64,000 bases of DNA from Desulfurococcaceae archaeon. GTDB taxonomy: Archaea; Thermoproteota; Thermoprotei_A; Sulfolobales; Desulfurococcaceae. Shown in pieces: positions 20,291-30,670 of the stretch. Location: contig JAWBAI010000005.1 in the NCBI GenBank assembly GCA_038816475.1, forward strand, positions 17,566-81,565. Direction: 5' to 3'. Below the pieces are notes generated by a model. That model was not told the DNA's origin. It was given only the letters and a program-made list of their open reading frames with translations, and did no database searches. Numbering within the stretch: the stretch's first letter is position 1; each line of letters opens with the position of its first letter. Made by a program: the position numbers and the translations under genes.

Positions 20291-21187
20291 CTACGTATTC
20301 AGCTTGCTCCATTTAACCACGTAATCGAGCGCTTCGTTGATCTTCAGCTCAACTCCGTAGGTTTTAGAGAAAAACTTAACCACGTAACTTACATCCCTTT
20401 TCAGCAGGTCCACTGCCTGTGGATCATCTCTGTAAACGTACTGAGGCCAGTCTATTATGAATGGTACTTCATCCTGCTTTCTAACCAGAATGTTGTACTC
20501 GCTCAGATCACCGTGAACTATGGAAGCTTTGTGGTACGCTGTGGCTATGGTGTCTAGAACCATGAGTAGAACAGCCTCTGGGTCCTTTAGGGGAGGTTTT
20601 CTGTACAGCTCTAATCCGTCTATGTACTCTATTACGACAACGTGCCTGTTGTAACCCAGGGGTGTAGGAACGTATGCTTTATACGTTGATAGCTCCTTGA
20701 GGGCTTTGAATTCTCTTTCAGCGGCTATCCTAGACTGCTTATACCAGGGTAAGCTTAGTCCACTTGTCCATGTTCTACGGCGAACCGTTTGTCTAAAGCT
20801 CGTTCTTCCTATCCTTAGGAACTTAACAGCAACTTGAACATTGCCTGGTGCTAGGGCAAGGTATATCTCGCTCTCCTTTCCTTCACCAACTTTGTCACCC
20901 ATAGCCTCGATCACGTTTCGGTTCACGAGTGCTCTGATCGCGAGCATGTCGTATCCCAAGTAGGTCAACCTGTAAGCCTTCTCACCAGAGATAGTTTCAC
21001 CCTTGATCAACCCCAGCTCGTGAAGCTTGGATAATACCAGGAGAAGCTTTTCCTCATGGAAACCAGAAAGCTTTTCCAGGATTTGAAGTGTAACATACTC
21101 CCTTCTAGCGTGAGCTCTTTCAATCGCAGACAGCACTCTGAAGTCGTCACGTAGTAAGCTCTTGTATATTAATGCTATTTTAACCAA
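20291..21187 (-). CDS. rio2: RIO2-type serine/threonine kinase
   Basis: N-terminal wHTH (YRLTYLGYD), GEGKESEIY, HGDLSEYNIL, IIDWPQ. Confidence 0.95.
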   Translation of the reverse strand: MVKIALIYKSLLRDDFRVLSAIERAHARREYVTLQILEKLSGFHEEKLLLVLSKLHELGLIKGETISGEKAYRLTYLGYDMLAIRALVNRNVIEAMGDKVGEGKESEIYLALAPGNVQVAVKFLRIGRTSFRQTVRRRTWTSGLSLPWYKQSRIAAEREFKALKELSTYKAYVPTPLGYNRHVVVIEYIDGLELYRKPPLKDPEAVLLMVLDTIATAYHKASIVHGDLSEYNILVRKQDEVPFIIDWPQYVYRDDPQAVDLLKRDVSYVVKFFSKTYGVELKINEALDYVVKWSKLNT

Positions 21188-21314
21188 GACTTTGTACCAC
21201 CGTGGTTCTACTTCAAGGTTTTACTTAACAGAGCTAAGTCGTATTATAGCTATACACTTCCTCCCTCAGATAATAGCTACCTGTAGAATGAAAGATTTGT
21301 TGAGCACATGGTGA

Positions 21315-22331
21315 GTGCACTTGAGTACCTTGATCACCGCAAAGCGTGTTAAGTGTGCAAAGTGCGATCTAGACGCAGCTGTAAGAGTGCACTACGCTAG
21401 GTTAAACCTCTGCAGAGAACACTTCCTTGAGTACGTTGAGAACAGGGTTGTTAAAACATCACAGTACTACGGCTTGTTCAATGGTGCGAGAAGAATACTA
21501 GTAGCTCTCTCCGGTGGAAAGGACAGCTTATCTTTAGCTAGAATACTTAGCAGAAGAAGAGGCGAGCTTGGGATCGAGAAAGTATACGGCTTACACCTGG
21601 ACCTTGGGCTTGGAGACTACTCTAGAGCTTCGAGAACAGCTGTTGAAAAGCTCTGCAAGGAGCTGAACCTAATGTGCATTTTCCTGGACCTAAGGGATCT
21701 CGTAGGATACAGTTTACCCGAGCTAGTGTCGTTAACAAAGAGACCAGCCTGTAGCCTCTGCGGTATGCTTAAAAGGTACATAGTGAACGCTGCTGCCGTT
21801 GAACTGAACGTAGACGCAGTAGCTCTTGGTCATCACCTCGATGATCTCCTCGTTTTCGCTCTTAAGAACATTCTCACACAGCAGGACTTAAACCAGCTAA
21901 AGTTGTCACCAATTGCCAGAGGGAGTCCAGGGCTTTTAGCAACAAAACTCAAGGTTCTCTACGAGATTTACGAGAGTGACTTAAAGCTCTACGCCGACTT
22001 GAGCGGCATAGAGTACGTGAGAATTCCGTGTCCGTTCAAGTACGTAGACACGGTTCAGGAGGCCGTGAGAGAACTACTGGAAAAGCTCGAGAGCAGTAGC
22101 CCAGGCTTCAAGGTATCGCTGATCAGGAGACTCTCAAGGTTGCTAAAGTCCGAGGAAGAACTGAACAAGGTAATGCAGTGCAAGTACTGTGGTATGCCAA
22201 CCTCCACTGGAACATGTGCTCTGTGTAAACTAACAACGCGTGTTCACGGTAAACCCCTTGGAAGCGAAGTGAGATCAAAGGTGAGAGAATCAGTAGTTCT
22301 CCTCGAAAAGCATGAAAGCCTGCACACGTGA
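21315..22331 (+). CDS. ttuA: tRNA 2-thiolation protein TtuA/Ncs6 family (PP-loop ATPase)
   Basis: N-terminal CxxC/CxxH Zn finger, SGGKDS, CSLCG, GHHLDD, CPF, C-terminal CxxC..CxxC. Confidence 0.85.
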   Translation: MHLSTLITAKRVKCAKCDLDAAVRVHYARLNLCREHFLEYVENRVVKTSQYYGLFNGARRILVALSGGKDSLSLARILSRRRGELGIEKVYGLHLDLGLGDYSRASRTAVEKLCKELNLMCIFLDLRDLVGYSLPELVSLTKRPACSLCGMLKRYIVNAAAVELNVDAVALGHHLDDLLVFALKNILTQQDLNQLKLSPIARGSPGLLATKLKVLYEIYESDLKLYADLSGIEYVRIPCPFKYVDTVQEAVRELLEKLESSSPGFKVSLIRRLSRLLKSEEELNKVMQCKYCGMPTSTGTCALCKLTTRVHGKPLGSEVRSKVRESVVLLEKHESLHT

Positions 22332-22339
22332 CACGGCTT

Positions 22340-23050
22340 CTAGATGCAATCACCCTTATAAGCGAGAATACCTTTAACCTTGGCGATCCTCAGGTACTCA
22401 AGTACGTCCTGATCATCCAGATCTCTCCACTCCTGATACGCGTCTGCAACTGCGTACAATGGTGTAGATCTCGGGTTTAAGCAGTAAACAGCATCAGCTA
22501 ACTTCGCGATCCTGACTGCGGACACTGTGTGACATGTTGGTACAGCTACAAGCACTTTGCTCACACCCAGCTTCCTCAGGAACTCAACAGCAGCTCTCAT
22601 TGTGAAACCAGCTGCAATACCATCATCAACTACAACCGCTCTGTCTCCGTATTTAACGTAGTTCTCGTTGCACCTGTACCTGGTAAGTCTTCTTGCAATT
22701 TCCTCGCGTTGCTCTCTAATAGCGTTTACGATGTCCTCGTAGGAAAGCCCTAGGCTTACAGCGTAAGCTACATCGAAGAAGAACGCGCCATCTGGTGCTA
22801 CTGCTCCGAAGCCAGCCTCTCTATTCCACGGTATAAGTAGCTTTCTGCAGATTAATACATCAAGCTTGCACCTGAGGACCTCTGCAACTCTCAATGCAAC
22901 CGGTACACCTCCAGCGGGAACACCATAAACTACATCCGCGTCTACGCCTAGATCTCTAAGCCAGTAACCCAGCTTAGAACCAGCATCTTCACGGTTCCTG
23001 AAGACGTAGAACTTCTCAGCGAAATCCTCGTTGAAGAAAACAGATTTCAA
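22340..23050 (-). CDS. Phosphoribosyltransferase family protein
   Basis: FRNREDAG, VVVDDGIAAGFT PRPP-binding loop. Confidence 0.9.
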   Translation of the reverse strand: MKSVFFNEDFAEKFYVFRNREDAGSKLGYWLRDLGVDADVVYGVPAGGVPVALRVAEVLRCKLDVLICRKLLIPWNREAGFGAVAPDGAFFFDVAYAVSLGLSYEDIVNAIREQREEIARRLTRYRCNENYVKYGDRAVVVDDGIAAGFTMRAAVEFLRKLGVSKVLVAVPTCHTVSAVRIAKLADAVYCLNPRSTPLYAVADAYQEWRDLDDQDVLEYLRIAKVKGILAYKGDCI

Positions 23051-23061
23051 GTGTGATTCAC

Positions 23062-24006
23062 CTAGGTGATCTCTCTTCTCAGGTGATCAAGGAGAACTCG
23101 TGGTAGTGGTCCATGCTTAGCTTCATCGTACCTGGGTAACTTGCTTACCATATCTTTGATCAGCCTTTCCCCGAGCTCTTTGAGTGATTGTGCATTGTAG
23201 ACCTCTCGAGCTATCCTTACTACAGCTTCTTTAGCGGAAACTCCGCTACTAGTGTACTCTAGTAGCCTCTTCCTATGCTGAAGCCTAATGTGCTTTAATG
23301 CTATTTTCTCGGGGCTTCTAACGTACGCTAGGTGAACACCGAGGACTCGGTCTACGAGGATGGATTTGTAGAGTCTTAGTGGTGCTATTAGAGTTTCCAT
23401 GTAAACACCTCCACCGTAGTCTAGGTACTTGTACTTCAGCTTCTGTGAGTAGGTTACAAGCCAGTGCTCGATGTGGTACGGTTCATCCCCGCATACGTGG
23501 TGTACATCACCACACATCAGTAGGTACTTCCAGTAGACAAGGTAGTGCCTCCTGGGGTTCAGGCTCTCAACAACCTCGTGGATTATCTTCGGAGCCCATT
23601 CGTAGAGAACCATGTCTCCATCGTGAATAAGTATCCACTTGTAGGATGAGTTCTTTAAACCGGTGAGCCTGGCTTCGGCTATACTACCGGATGGTATTCT
23701 TATCAACTTCAGGTTTAACCCGTGCTCCTCTGCAACCTCTCTTACTATAAGCGGTGTTCTATCGCTGGAAGAGTCGACGACAACGTACTCGTCGACTAGC
23801 TCTTTCAACGACAGCATAGCAGGTTTAACCCAGTCTTCTTCGTTGTAAAGGCACATTACTGCTGAAATACCGTTTTTCCTACCCACAGAGTCGGCGTACT
23901 CGTAGAAAAACCCCATTCGGTAGGTTAATTCCGAAAGAACCGTTCTAAGAAGAAACGTTCCCCTTCTACCAAGAAATCTCCTGGCAAGCACTATGAGTGA
24001 AACCAA
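23062..24006 (-). CDS. Glycosyltransferase family 2
   Basis: SAVMCLYNEE, VVVDSSSD, HDGD (DxD-like). Confidence 0.85.
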   Translation of the reverse strand: MVSLIVLARRFLGRRGTFLLRTVLSELTYRMGFFYEYADSVGRKNGISAVMCLYNEEDWVKPAMLSLKELVDEYVVVDSSSDRTPLIVREVAEEHGLNLKLIRIPSGSIAEARLTGLKNSSYKWILIHDGDMVLYEWAPKIIHEVVESLNPRRHYLVYWKYLLMCGDVHHVCGDEPYHIEHWLVTYSQKLKYKYLDYGGGVYMETLIAPLRLYKSILVDRVLGVHLAYVRSPEKIALKHIRLQHRKRLLEYTSSGVSAKEAVVRIAREVYNAQSLKELGERLIKDMVSKLPRYDEAKHGPLPRVLLDHLRREIT

Positions 24007-24119
24007 CGCAGTGCACCGTTAGAACCTGGTTCCACCGGCTCGTATATTAAAAGACCCACTTACTCCTATAATATAATCTCAGTAGACAGTAACATCTCAA
24101 CGTTTTCTGGTGGTGTACC

Positions 24120-25478
24120 ATGAGCGGTGTTCCCATAAGAGTTGAACCGATTGCCAGGAGGAGAATCGGTGTTCACAGCCATATACGTGGACTAGGCTTA
24201 GATGAGCGTGGTAAAGCTATATTCAAGGCTGATGGATTAGTTGGACAAGTAGAAGCTCGTGAAGCCGCTGGTATCGTTGTAAGAATGATCAAGGAGGGTA
24301 AAATGGCTGGCAGAGGCATTCTCTTGGTTGGTCCACCGGGTACTGGTAAAACAGCTTTAGCTGTGGCTATCGCCAGGGAGCTCGGTGAGGATACACCCTT
24401 TGTAATGATGAGTGGTAGCGAAGTTTACAGCACTGAGAGGAAGAAAACAGAGATACTAATGGAGGCTATCAGAAAATCCCTTGGAGTTAGAATAAGAGAA
24501 GTTAGAAAAGTCTATGAGGGCGTTGTTAAGGAGGTTAAGATCAGGAGAGCTAGGCACCCGTTGATGCCTTACTACGCTCTACCCGTAGAGGCTAAGATAA
24601 CTCTGGGTACCAAGGACGAGGAGCTAACACTAACTGTACCAGAAGAGGTTACACAGCAGATCGTTGAAATGGGTATTAGAAAAGGCGATGTTATATGGAT
24701 TGATGCTGAAACAGGCAGAGTTCACCGTGTTGGTAGAACAAAGGAGATCGAGGGTGCACGAACATACGATATTGAGGTCAAGAAGGTTGTTGAGATACCA
24801 AAGGGACCTGTCAAGAAGGAGAAGGAAATAGTAACGGTTGTAACACTTCATGACCTGGATCTACACTACGCTGTGCAGAGAAGCATAATAAGCTTCTTTG
24901 GTTTAACCTTCGAGCGTGAAATACCCAGTGAGGTTAGAAGAAGCGTAGATGAGCTTGTTAAGAAGTGGATTGACCATAAGAAAGCAGAGCTTGTTCCCGG
25001 TGTACTCTTCATTGATGATGCACACATGCTTGACATCGAATCATTCAGCTTTCTCACCAGAGCCATGGAGATGGAGTTTGCACCAATAGTAATTCTTGCA
25101 ACCAACAGAGGCTTTGCTCGAATAAGGGGAACAGACCACGAGTCTCCTCACGGTATGCCGTTAGACCTGCTGGATAGGCTTCTCATAATACCAACAAGAC
25201 CGTACACAGCTGAGGAGATTAGAGAAATACTCAAGATCAGAGCTGAGGAAATGGAAGTAGAACTCAGCGGTAAAGCTCTCGAGAAGCTAGTTGAGCTTGG
25301 AGTCAAAAAGAGCCTAAGGTACGCTGTATCACTGCTTGAACCCGCAAGAATAATAGCTGAGGAGAGAGGTTCAAGCACCGTTGACGTTGAAGATGTTGAG
25401 AGAGCATCAAAGCTATTCATAGATGTATCAACCAGCGTTGAATACTTAAAGCAGTACGAGCAAATGTTCCTAAAGTAG
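24120..25478 (+). CDS. TIP49/RuvB-like AAA+ ATPase (archaeal Rvb)
   Basis: [43 protein letters not shown]. Confidence 0.96.
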   Translation: MSGVPIRVEPIARRRIGVHSHIRGLGLDERGKAIFKADGLVGQVEAREAAGIVVRMIKEGKMAGRGILLVGPPGTGKTALAVAIARELGEDTPFVMMSGSEVYSTERKKTEILMEAIRKSLGVRIREVRKVYEGVVKEVKIRRARHPLMPYYALPVEAKITLGTKDEELTLTVPEEVTQQIVEMGIRKGDVIWIDAETGRVHRVGRTKEIEGARTYDIEVKKVVEIPKGPVKKEKEIVTVVTLHDLDLHYAVQRSIISFFGLTFEREIPSEVRRSVDELVKKWIDHKKAELVPGVLFIDDAHMLDIESFSFLTRAMEMEFAPIVILATNRGFARIRGTDHESPHGMPLDLLDRLLIIPTRPYTAEEIREILKIRAEEMEVELSGKALEKLVELGVKKSLRYAVSLLEPARIIAEERGSSTVDVEDVERASKLFIDVSTSVEYLKQYEQMFLK

Positions 25479-25679
25479 GATCCGCATTGTTTTCACCTAA
25501 ACTGAAATACAAAAGAGATACATAGTAAAGTACCAATGATAGATCCGAGCTAGACATCGCAACTTTCTTCTCAAACGAGCTCTTCCTAGTGGTCTATTGA
25601 TTAGCGTTAAATGGATAGAAGTGAATGTTTTGGAGGCATTTATACGCCTTGCTCTGATCTGATAGAAAAAAGGGGGTCC

Positions 25680-26864
25680 ATGAAAACGGATAGCACTATC
25701 CCACTAATATCAATAATTATACTAGTGACATCGTTACTCGATGTTCCATTCATCGTAGCCCATACTCCAGGAACAACGTTTAGCTATGAGGTTACAGCTA
25801 AGGTGGATTACGAGAGTACAGTTCAACTCGATCCACTTTAACCTTTCCCCAATTTAACATCCAAGATGCTACTTCAAGGCGAAATCAACTATGGTGTTGT
25901 TTCGCTAGAGCGTGATGGCGTCACAGTTCACATTGAAATAGTTGTTAAGGACGTAAGATTCGACGCTAAACCACAAGAATTTAAAGCTTTCATTGAGCAA
26001 TTAATTAACTTATCCGGCTTGATCGGGCAAAGAACATCGTTTACATTCACGATTCCATACTCAGGTAAGGGGTTTGACGCTTTTAACTTTTCGGGAATTC
26101 TGGGGATCGACTTACAGCAGAATCTTCAATACCTTCTTCAAATGTATGGGCTTTACGGTTTACAACCACGTATAATGATAGAAGTGACTACCTGGGAGAA
26201 TATACCGTGTATTTGCATTAGCTCAAGTGCATTTCAGTCCATGGAGATTTACGAATTTAACGTTACTGAGAGGGTGGAAACTAGAACCTGCTATGATATG
26301 ACTGGCGTGTTTCCATTGGGCTCGATGGGTATTACCGAATATCGTTTGATGAATAAAAGTGATCCAACGCAGTACGTGAGAGTTTTAACAGAGTATACTT
26401 CAAGGTTAAAGGACATAGATGTAATCAAAGGCTTGATCGTTAGAAGCTATGTTGTGAAACTCGAAAAAGGCGGTGTGGATATTCACCTCTCGGGTAGAAA
26501 CCTCAGTGTTCTAGATATTAGTGCTCAGGGCAACAGACTAGTGCTTAGATTGACTGGAGAGGGTTTAGGATCCGTAGTCCTGCACTCGAGCAGGTATATT
26601 GAAATAGAGAAAGTTCTGGTTGACTCTACTCCTGTGGCGTACTATATTGACACAAGTGATGGTGTAGTTGTGATCAGGATACCGGTGATTTTCAGCGAGA
26701 GAACTGTTGAAATAATCTTCAAAGAGGAGATCGATGGTATAGAAAGTAAAGAAGCAAAAGATACTGGGATTGGATGGTTGTTCTACGCGTTAATCGTAGT
26801 ACTTGTCATAGCAGTTGCTGTGGTAGTCGTCTGGAAACTACTGAGAAAAACACCTCAAGCATAG
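25680..26864 (+). pseudogene. Secreted/membrane-anchored protein gene interrupted by an in-frame TAA (25839-25841)
   Basis: ORFs 25611-25841 and 25866-26864 are in the same frame, joined by 8 open codons (PFPNLTSK); signal peptide in the first, C-terminal TM plus basic tail in the second. Confidence 0.7.
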
Positions 26865-26974
26865 CACTCTTTTTCATTTTATTCAATGTTTTTAACTACT
26901 AATAAACTCATTGCATGTACGCAGTTCGTACTGTTCTTCCTCGGGGGTTTACGCTTAAGTATCCATGTTCGTGT

Positions 26975-27892
26975 TCATGCTTTTTGTGCTGCTCCTACGA
27001 GGTCTTCGATTCTCGAATAGCCTACTGCTTTAAGCCACTCTTCTAAGCCTTGCAGGACCTCCCGGACGATGTTCCTGTTTCTTAGAAAAGCGCTTCCGAT
27101 TTGAACGGCTTTAGCACCAGCAACTATGAACTCAGCTGCATCCTTCCAGTTGGTGATGCCTCCACAACCAATGATCTCGGCTTGATACTCTCTGTAGACA
27201 TCGTACACTACTCTTACAGCAATTGGCTTTATCGGTGGACCAGAGAGTCCTCCGTACTTGTTCGAGAGTACAGGCTTGAAGGAGTATATATCTATGGCTA
27301 TTGCTCTAATGGTGTTTATGAGTGTTAATCCACGAGCTCCGGCTTCAAGAGCTTTACCGGCTGATTCTACGACTTTATCGCAAAGCCCTAGTTTTGCCAG
27401 AATAGGTACTCTAGTGGTGGATGAAACTTCCTTAACCACTCTATAGACGAGCCCGGGGTTGCTCCCGATCTCTAGTCCATGACCTCTCACGTGAGGGCAA
27501 CTGAGATTCAGCTCAATAGCATCAGCACCAGCGTTCTCAGCTTTGATCGCAAGCTCCGCGAACTCTTCTTCCGACTTAGCACCAATGCTTACAACAACGG
27601 GTTTTCCCAGCCTATGGGCTTTCTCGACAACTAGGTCAACACTGTCTATGCCCGGGTTTGCAAGTCCAACAGCGTTCAGGAATCCACCGTTCTCGAGTTC
27701 AACCATAATGGGCATGGGGTAACCTGTGCTTGGCTTCAGAGTAAATGTCTTGGTTACTATAGCTGAGAAGCCTGCTGATGCAAGTATTTCAACGTGCTCC
27801 AGCTCTGAGCCCAGTATACCACTAGCGTTCATCACGGGATGCTCTAGGTCTATCCCTACGACCTTAATTTTAAGCTTGCCTGAGGTGTTCAT
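26975..27892 (-). CDS. pyrD: Dihydroorotate dehydrogenase B, catalytic subunit
   Basis: NASG, VTKT, NAVGLANPG, ELNLSCPH, INT, GGLSG; start likely 27892-27901. Confidence 0.95.
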   Translation of the reverse strand: MNTSGKLKIKVVGIDLEHPVMNASGILGSELEHVEILASAGFSAIVTKTFTLKPSTGYPMPIMVELENGGFLNAVGLANPGIDSVDLVVEKAHRLGKPVVVSIGAKSEEEFAELAIKAENAGADAIELNLSCPHVRGHGLEIGSNPGLVYRVVKEVSSTTRVPILAKLGLCDKVVESAGKALEAGARGLTLINTIRAIAIDIYSFKPVLSNKYGGLSGPPIKPIAVRVVYDVYREYQAEIIGCGGITNWKDAAEFIVAGAKAVQIGSAFLRNRNIVREVLQGLEEWLKAVGYSRIEDLVGAAQKA

Positions 27893-28625
27893 ACACATCA
27901 TCGCACCTGAATAATGGTCCATCTGTGCAGAGTAGTTTACTCGTCGGCTTGAGAGTACAGCTTCCACAAGCTCCATAACCGCATTTAACCATGGCTTCAA
28001 GGGAAACCCAGACATCGACTCTGTTACTCCTGAGTAAGCAGATCTCTCTCAGCATCTGAGTAGGTCCAACAGCTATTACAGCATCGTACTTCTTCTTATC
28101 GAGTAACCTGGGAAGTACTTGTGAAACCTTACCACAGTACCCTACTGTGCAATCCTCGGTTGCTATGTATACATCTCCGTTGATTTTAGCTATGGTACTC
28201 AGCTCGAAGAGGTCATCAAAGGATCTAACACCCCATAAAACATCGACTTGAACTCCTCTAGAAGAAGCGACCTTGCTGAAGAACGGTAAAGGTGCTATTC
28301 CAGAACCACCTGCTACGAAGAGGACTTCTCCCGTGAGATCGCATTCTAGACCTCTCCCCAGGGGACCCTTTACTCCGAAGAATCCCTGCAGATCCCTTAT
28401 ACTCCTTGTGCCTTCACCAACGACCTTGAAGAGTATTGAGAGAGCGTTGTCATCCTCGTTGAACTGCGAGATCGACATGGGTACTTCGTCCACACCAGGG
28501 ATCCATATGTTCACAAATTGGAAAGGCTGAGGTTTTCTCGGTAGGGGTTCAAGAAGCTTGAAGGTTGCGTAGTAATACTTACCACTGAGCTTCTCGGTGG
28601 ATGTTTTCAAAGCTGGTTTAAACAC
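27870..28625 (-). CDS. pyrK: Dihydroorotate dehydrogenase electron transfer subunit
   Basis: PMSIS, GPLG, AGGSGIAP, KCGYGACGSC...LCTDGP 2Fe-2S motif; adjacent to pyrD. Confidence 0.93.
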   Translation of the reverse strand: MFKPALKTSTEKLSGKYYYATFKLLEPLPRKPQPFQFVNIWIPGVDEVPMSISQFNEDDNALSILFKVVGEGTRSIRDLQGFFGVKGPLGRGLECDLTGEVLFVAGGSGIAPLPFFSKVASSRGVQVDVLWGVRSFDDLFELSTIAKINGDVYIATEDCTVGYCGKVSQVLPRLLDKKKYDAVIAVGPTQMLREICLLRSNRVDVWVSLEAMVKCGYGACGSCTLKPTSKLLCTDGPLFRCDDVYEHLRQA

Positions 28626-29232
28626 CGTTGTTCACCTTCTTGAACTTCTCCAGGTACTTTATAACCCTGTCATAGTCTTCTTTACTGATGAGATTGTGCT
28701 CGAGTAGGACGTTAAACACGTCACTGGCTTTCATGAGAGCGTAGAAGTCTACACCTTCTTTCTCGAGAACGCGTCTTGCACCCTGCTCTCGGTCTATAAT
28801 TACGATGGCTTTAACAGGTATAGCATATGCTTCCCTAAGGAACCTCACTGCTTTAACGAGCGATGAACCGGTTGTTGCTACATCATCAACTATAGCAACT
28901 CTTTTACCCACCACCTCTCCTTCAACCGCGGAACCTGTTCCGTGCTTCTTCTTCTCCTTTCTAACGTAGGCGAGTGGTTTGCTAACTAGGCATGAAATGT
29001 ACGATGCTAGTGGTATACCAGCTGATTCTACACCAGCGAGAACTTCGACATCGTGTAGTGGTATCCTTGAAACAATCTCGGTGATCACGCGGCGAGTGAG
29101 CTCAGGGTAGCTGTACATTTTCCTAACATCAATGTAGAACGGGCTTGTTAAACCAGAGGAAAGCTTAAACTCACCCAACTGTACTAAGCCAGCTCTGTAG
29201 AACTCTACTGCTAAGCGTTTTACTGCATCCAT
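28618..29232 (-). CDS. pyrE: Orotate phosphoribosyltransferase
   Basis: GEFKLSSGLTSPFYID, RKEKKKHG, VDDVATTGSS. Confidence 0.96.
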   Translation of the reverse strand: MDAVKRLAVEFYRAGLVQLGEFKLSSGLTSPFYIDVRKMYSYPELTRRVITEIVSRIPLHDVEVLAGVESAGIPLASYISCLVSKPLAYVRKEKKKHGTGSAVEGEVVGKRVAIVDDVATTGSSLVKAVRFLREAYAIPVKAIVIIDREQGARRVLEKEGVDFYALMKASDVFNVLLEHNLISKEDYDRVIKYLEKFKKVNNGV

Positions 29233-29409
29233 TCAAAGCACCTCATCGTCGACATAGGGTATAAACTTTCACGTGAACCCGCTCAACGCGAAAAGCTGGA
29301 GAGTTTTCGAGCTTCCGCGACTGAGCATTATGTAGTGCTCTGGTAGAACTTCGCACGTTGACTGGTGAGTAAATCCGCGGACCTAGGGTGTGAGGTTCTT
29401 TGAATCTGT

Positions 29410-30084
29410 TTAACTCTGGCATTTTCTAACACTCTCCACTTGTTTTTCGAACACTTCTCTTGCTTTCTCTCCGGGTTTAGGAGACCTGGTTATGTACCTA
29501 CCGATGATTTCGTAATCTGCTCCAGCACAGAGAGCACTACCTACCTCAGCCCCTTGTACACCGATACCTGGTGAGTATATGCGTAGATTGTTTCCAGCGA
29601 TTTGCCTTGCTCTCCTGATTAAGCCTGGCTTGTTCGCGGGAACGACGACTCCGTGAACTCCTAGATCTAGCGATAGATTAACCAGCTCCTCGAAGTGCTT
29701 ATCTATGAACTCCTCTGAGCCTCTGTGACTCATGGAAGCAACAAGAATAACGTCAAGCTTGTACCTGCTGGCTGCTTCCACCAGCTTATCAATGGAGTCT
29801 CTTAAACCGATAAACCCATGAGCGATCACAGCGTCCGCTCTGTACCTTGAAATCTTCTCGGCAACGTTTACCAGGATGTCTCCGATATCAGCTAGTTTGA
29901 AATCAACTATTACTCTTCCTTTACAGGTGCTTTTGATCTCACTTACTACTTTTAAACCTTGTTCGAGAACAAGTGGTAATCCAACCTTGTATCCGTACGC
30001 TACTTCACACGTTTCCTCAACAATGTCGTATACCGAGTACTCTCCACTGGGTCCAAAGGGCGGGTCTAGTGCAACTACGAGCAC
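29410..30084 (-). CDS. pyrF: Orotidine 5'-phosphate decarboxylase
   Basis: VALD, KVG, DFKLADI, SPGIGVQG, IIGR. Confidence 0.96.
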   Translation of the reverse strand: MLVVALDPPFGPSGEYSVYDIVEETCEVAYGYKVGLPLVLEQGLKVVSEIKSTCKGRVIVDFKLADIGDILVNVAEKISRYRADAVIAHGFIGLRDSIDKLVEAASRYKLDVILVASMSHRGSEEFIDKHFEELVNLSLDLGVHGVVVPANKPGLIRRARQIAGNNLRIYSPGIGVQGAEVGSALCAGADYEIIGRYITRSPKPGEKAREVFEKQVESVRKCQS

Positions 30085-30188
30085 AAGCCCTTTACAGCAT
30101 ATGATGTGGAGAGGAATATAAAGCCTGTTTCAGATGACTTGACCATCGCTGAGCTTGCGTGTTTTGTGTTACCAGTATTGAAAGCTGG

Positions 30189-30599
30189 TTAATCGGTTAC
30201 CTCAATGATTACCTCAACGGGTTCGTCATTCTCAAGCATCCAGGCTTTGTGTTCTCCAGAGGTACTGCTCACGATTAACCATACAAGAGAACCACTGTTC
30301 CTCATACCTTTAACGTCCTCGAGGCTTGGGTAGGGTGGAGCAGGGTGACTGTGAGCTAGGAGAACCACCTGTTCGCCTCTTTCCTCGGCTTCCCTGTAAA
30401 CTCTGTAAACACAGAGAGGATCAGCCGTGAACCTTAACGTGGGTTTATCGGATACGTTCGGGCACTCGATAACACTGTTTACGGTTACTCTGTCACCCCT
30501 TAGGTAGCCTACCCCTAGGAAAACCCTTTCGTAGGTTGCTCCTTTGCAGGAGCTGATGATGTAGTCGAGAACTCTTCGTGGAATAACCAGTTTAACCAT
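30189..30599 (-). CDS. JAB/MPN+ (M67) metalloisopeptidase
   Basis: N-terminal Glu plus HSHP..PYPSLED JAMM motif. Confidence 0.9.
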   Translation of the reverse strand: MVKLVIPRRVLDYIISSCKGATYERVFLGVGYLRGDRVTVNSVIECPNVSDKPTLRFTADPLCVYRVYREAEERGEQVVLLAHSHPAPPYPSLEDVKGMRNSGSLVWLIVSSTSGEHKAWMLENDEPVEVIIEVTD

Positions 30600-30670
30600 G
30601 TGCTTGCACCATGGAATGCTTACTTTGTCTACTAAGCTTTATAGGGATTAACATGGTACATTAAACCTGG

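Noticed and set aside
26975-28015. Long N-terminal extensions given by the ORF track (pyrD, and similarly ORFs 12208, 5644, 33295 and 56442)
   Set aside because: The extensions overlap neighbouring genes or promoters; downstream starts have RBS support and match family N-termini
30100-30152. ATGATGT...CAGA...CTGA resembling a C/D sRNA
   Set aside because: Poor C and C' boxes, wrong spacing, and it overlaps the likely pyrF promoter on the opposite strand
30189-30599. JAB peptidase as part of a CysM-CysO-Mec-like system with the island's CysK-like and MoaD-like genes
   Set aside because: Located over 20 kb away among housekeeping genes; a generic desampylase explains it adequately
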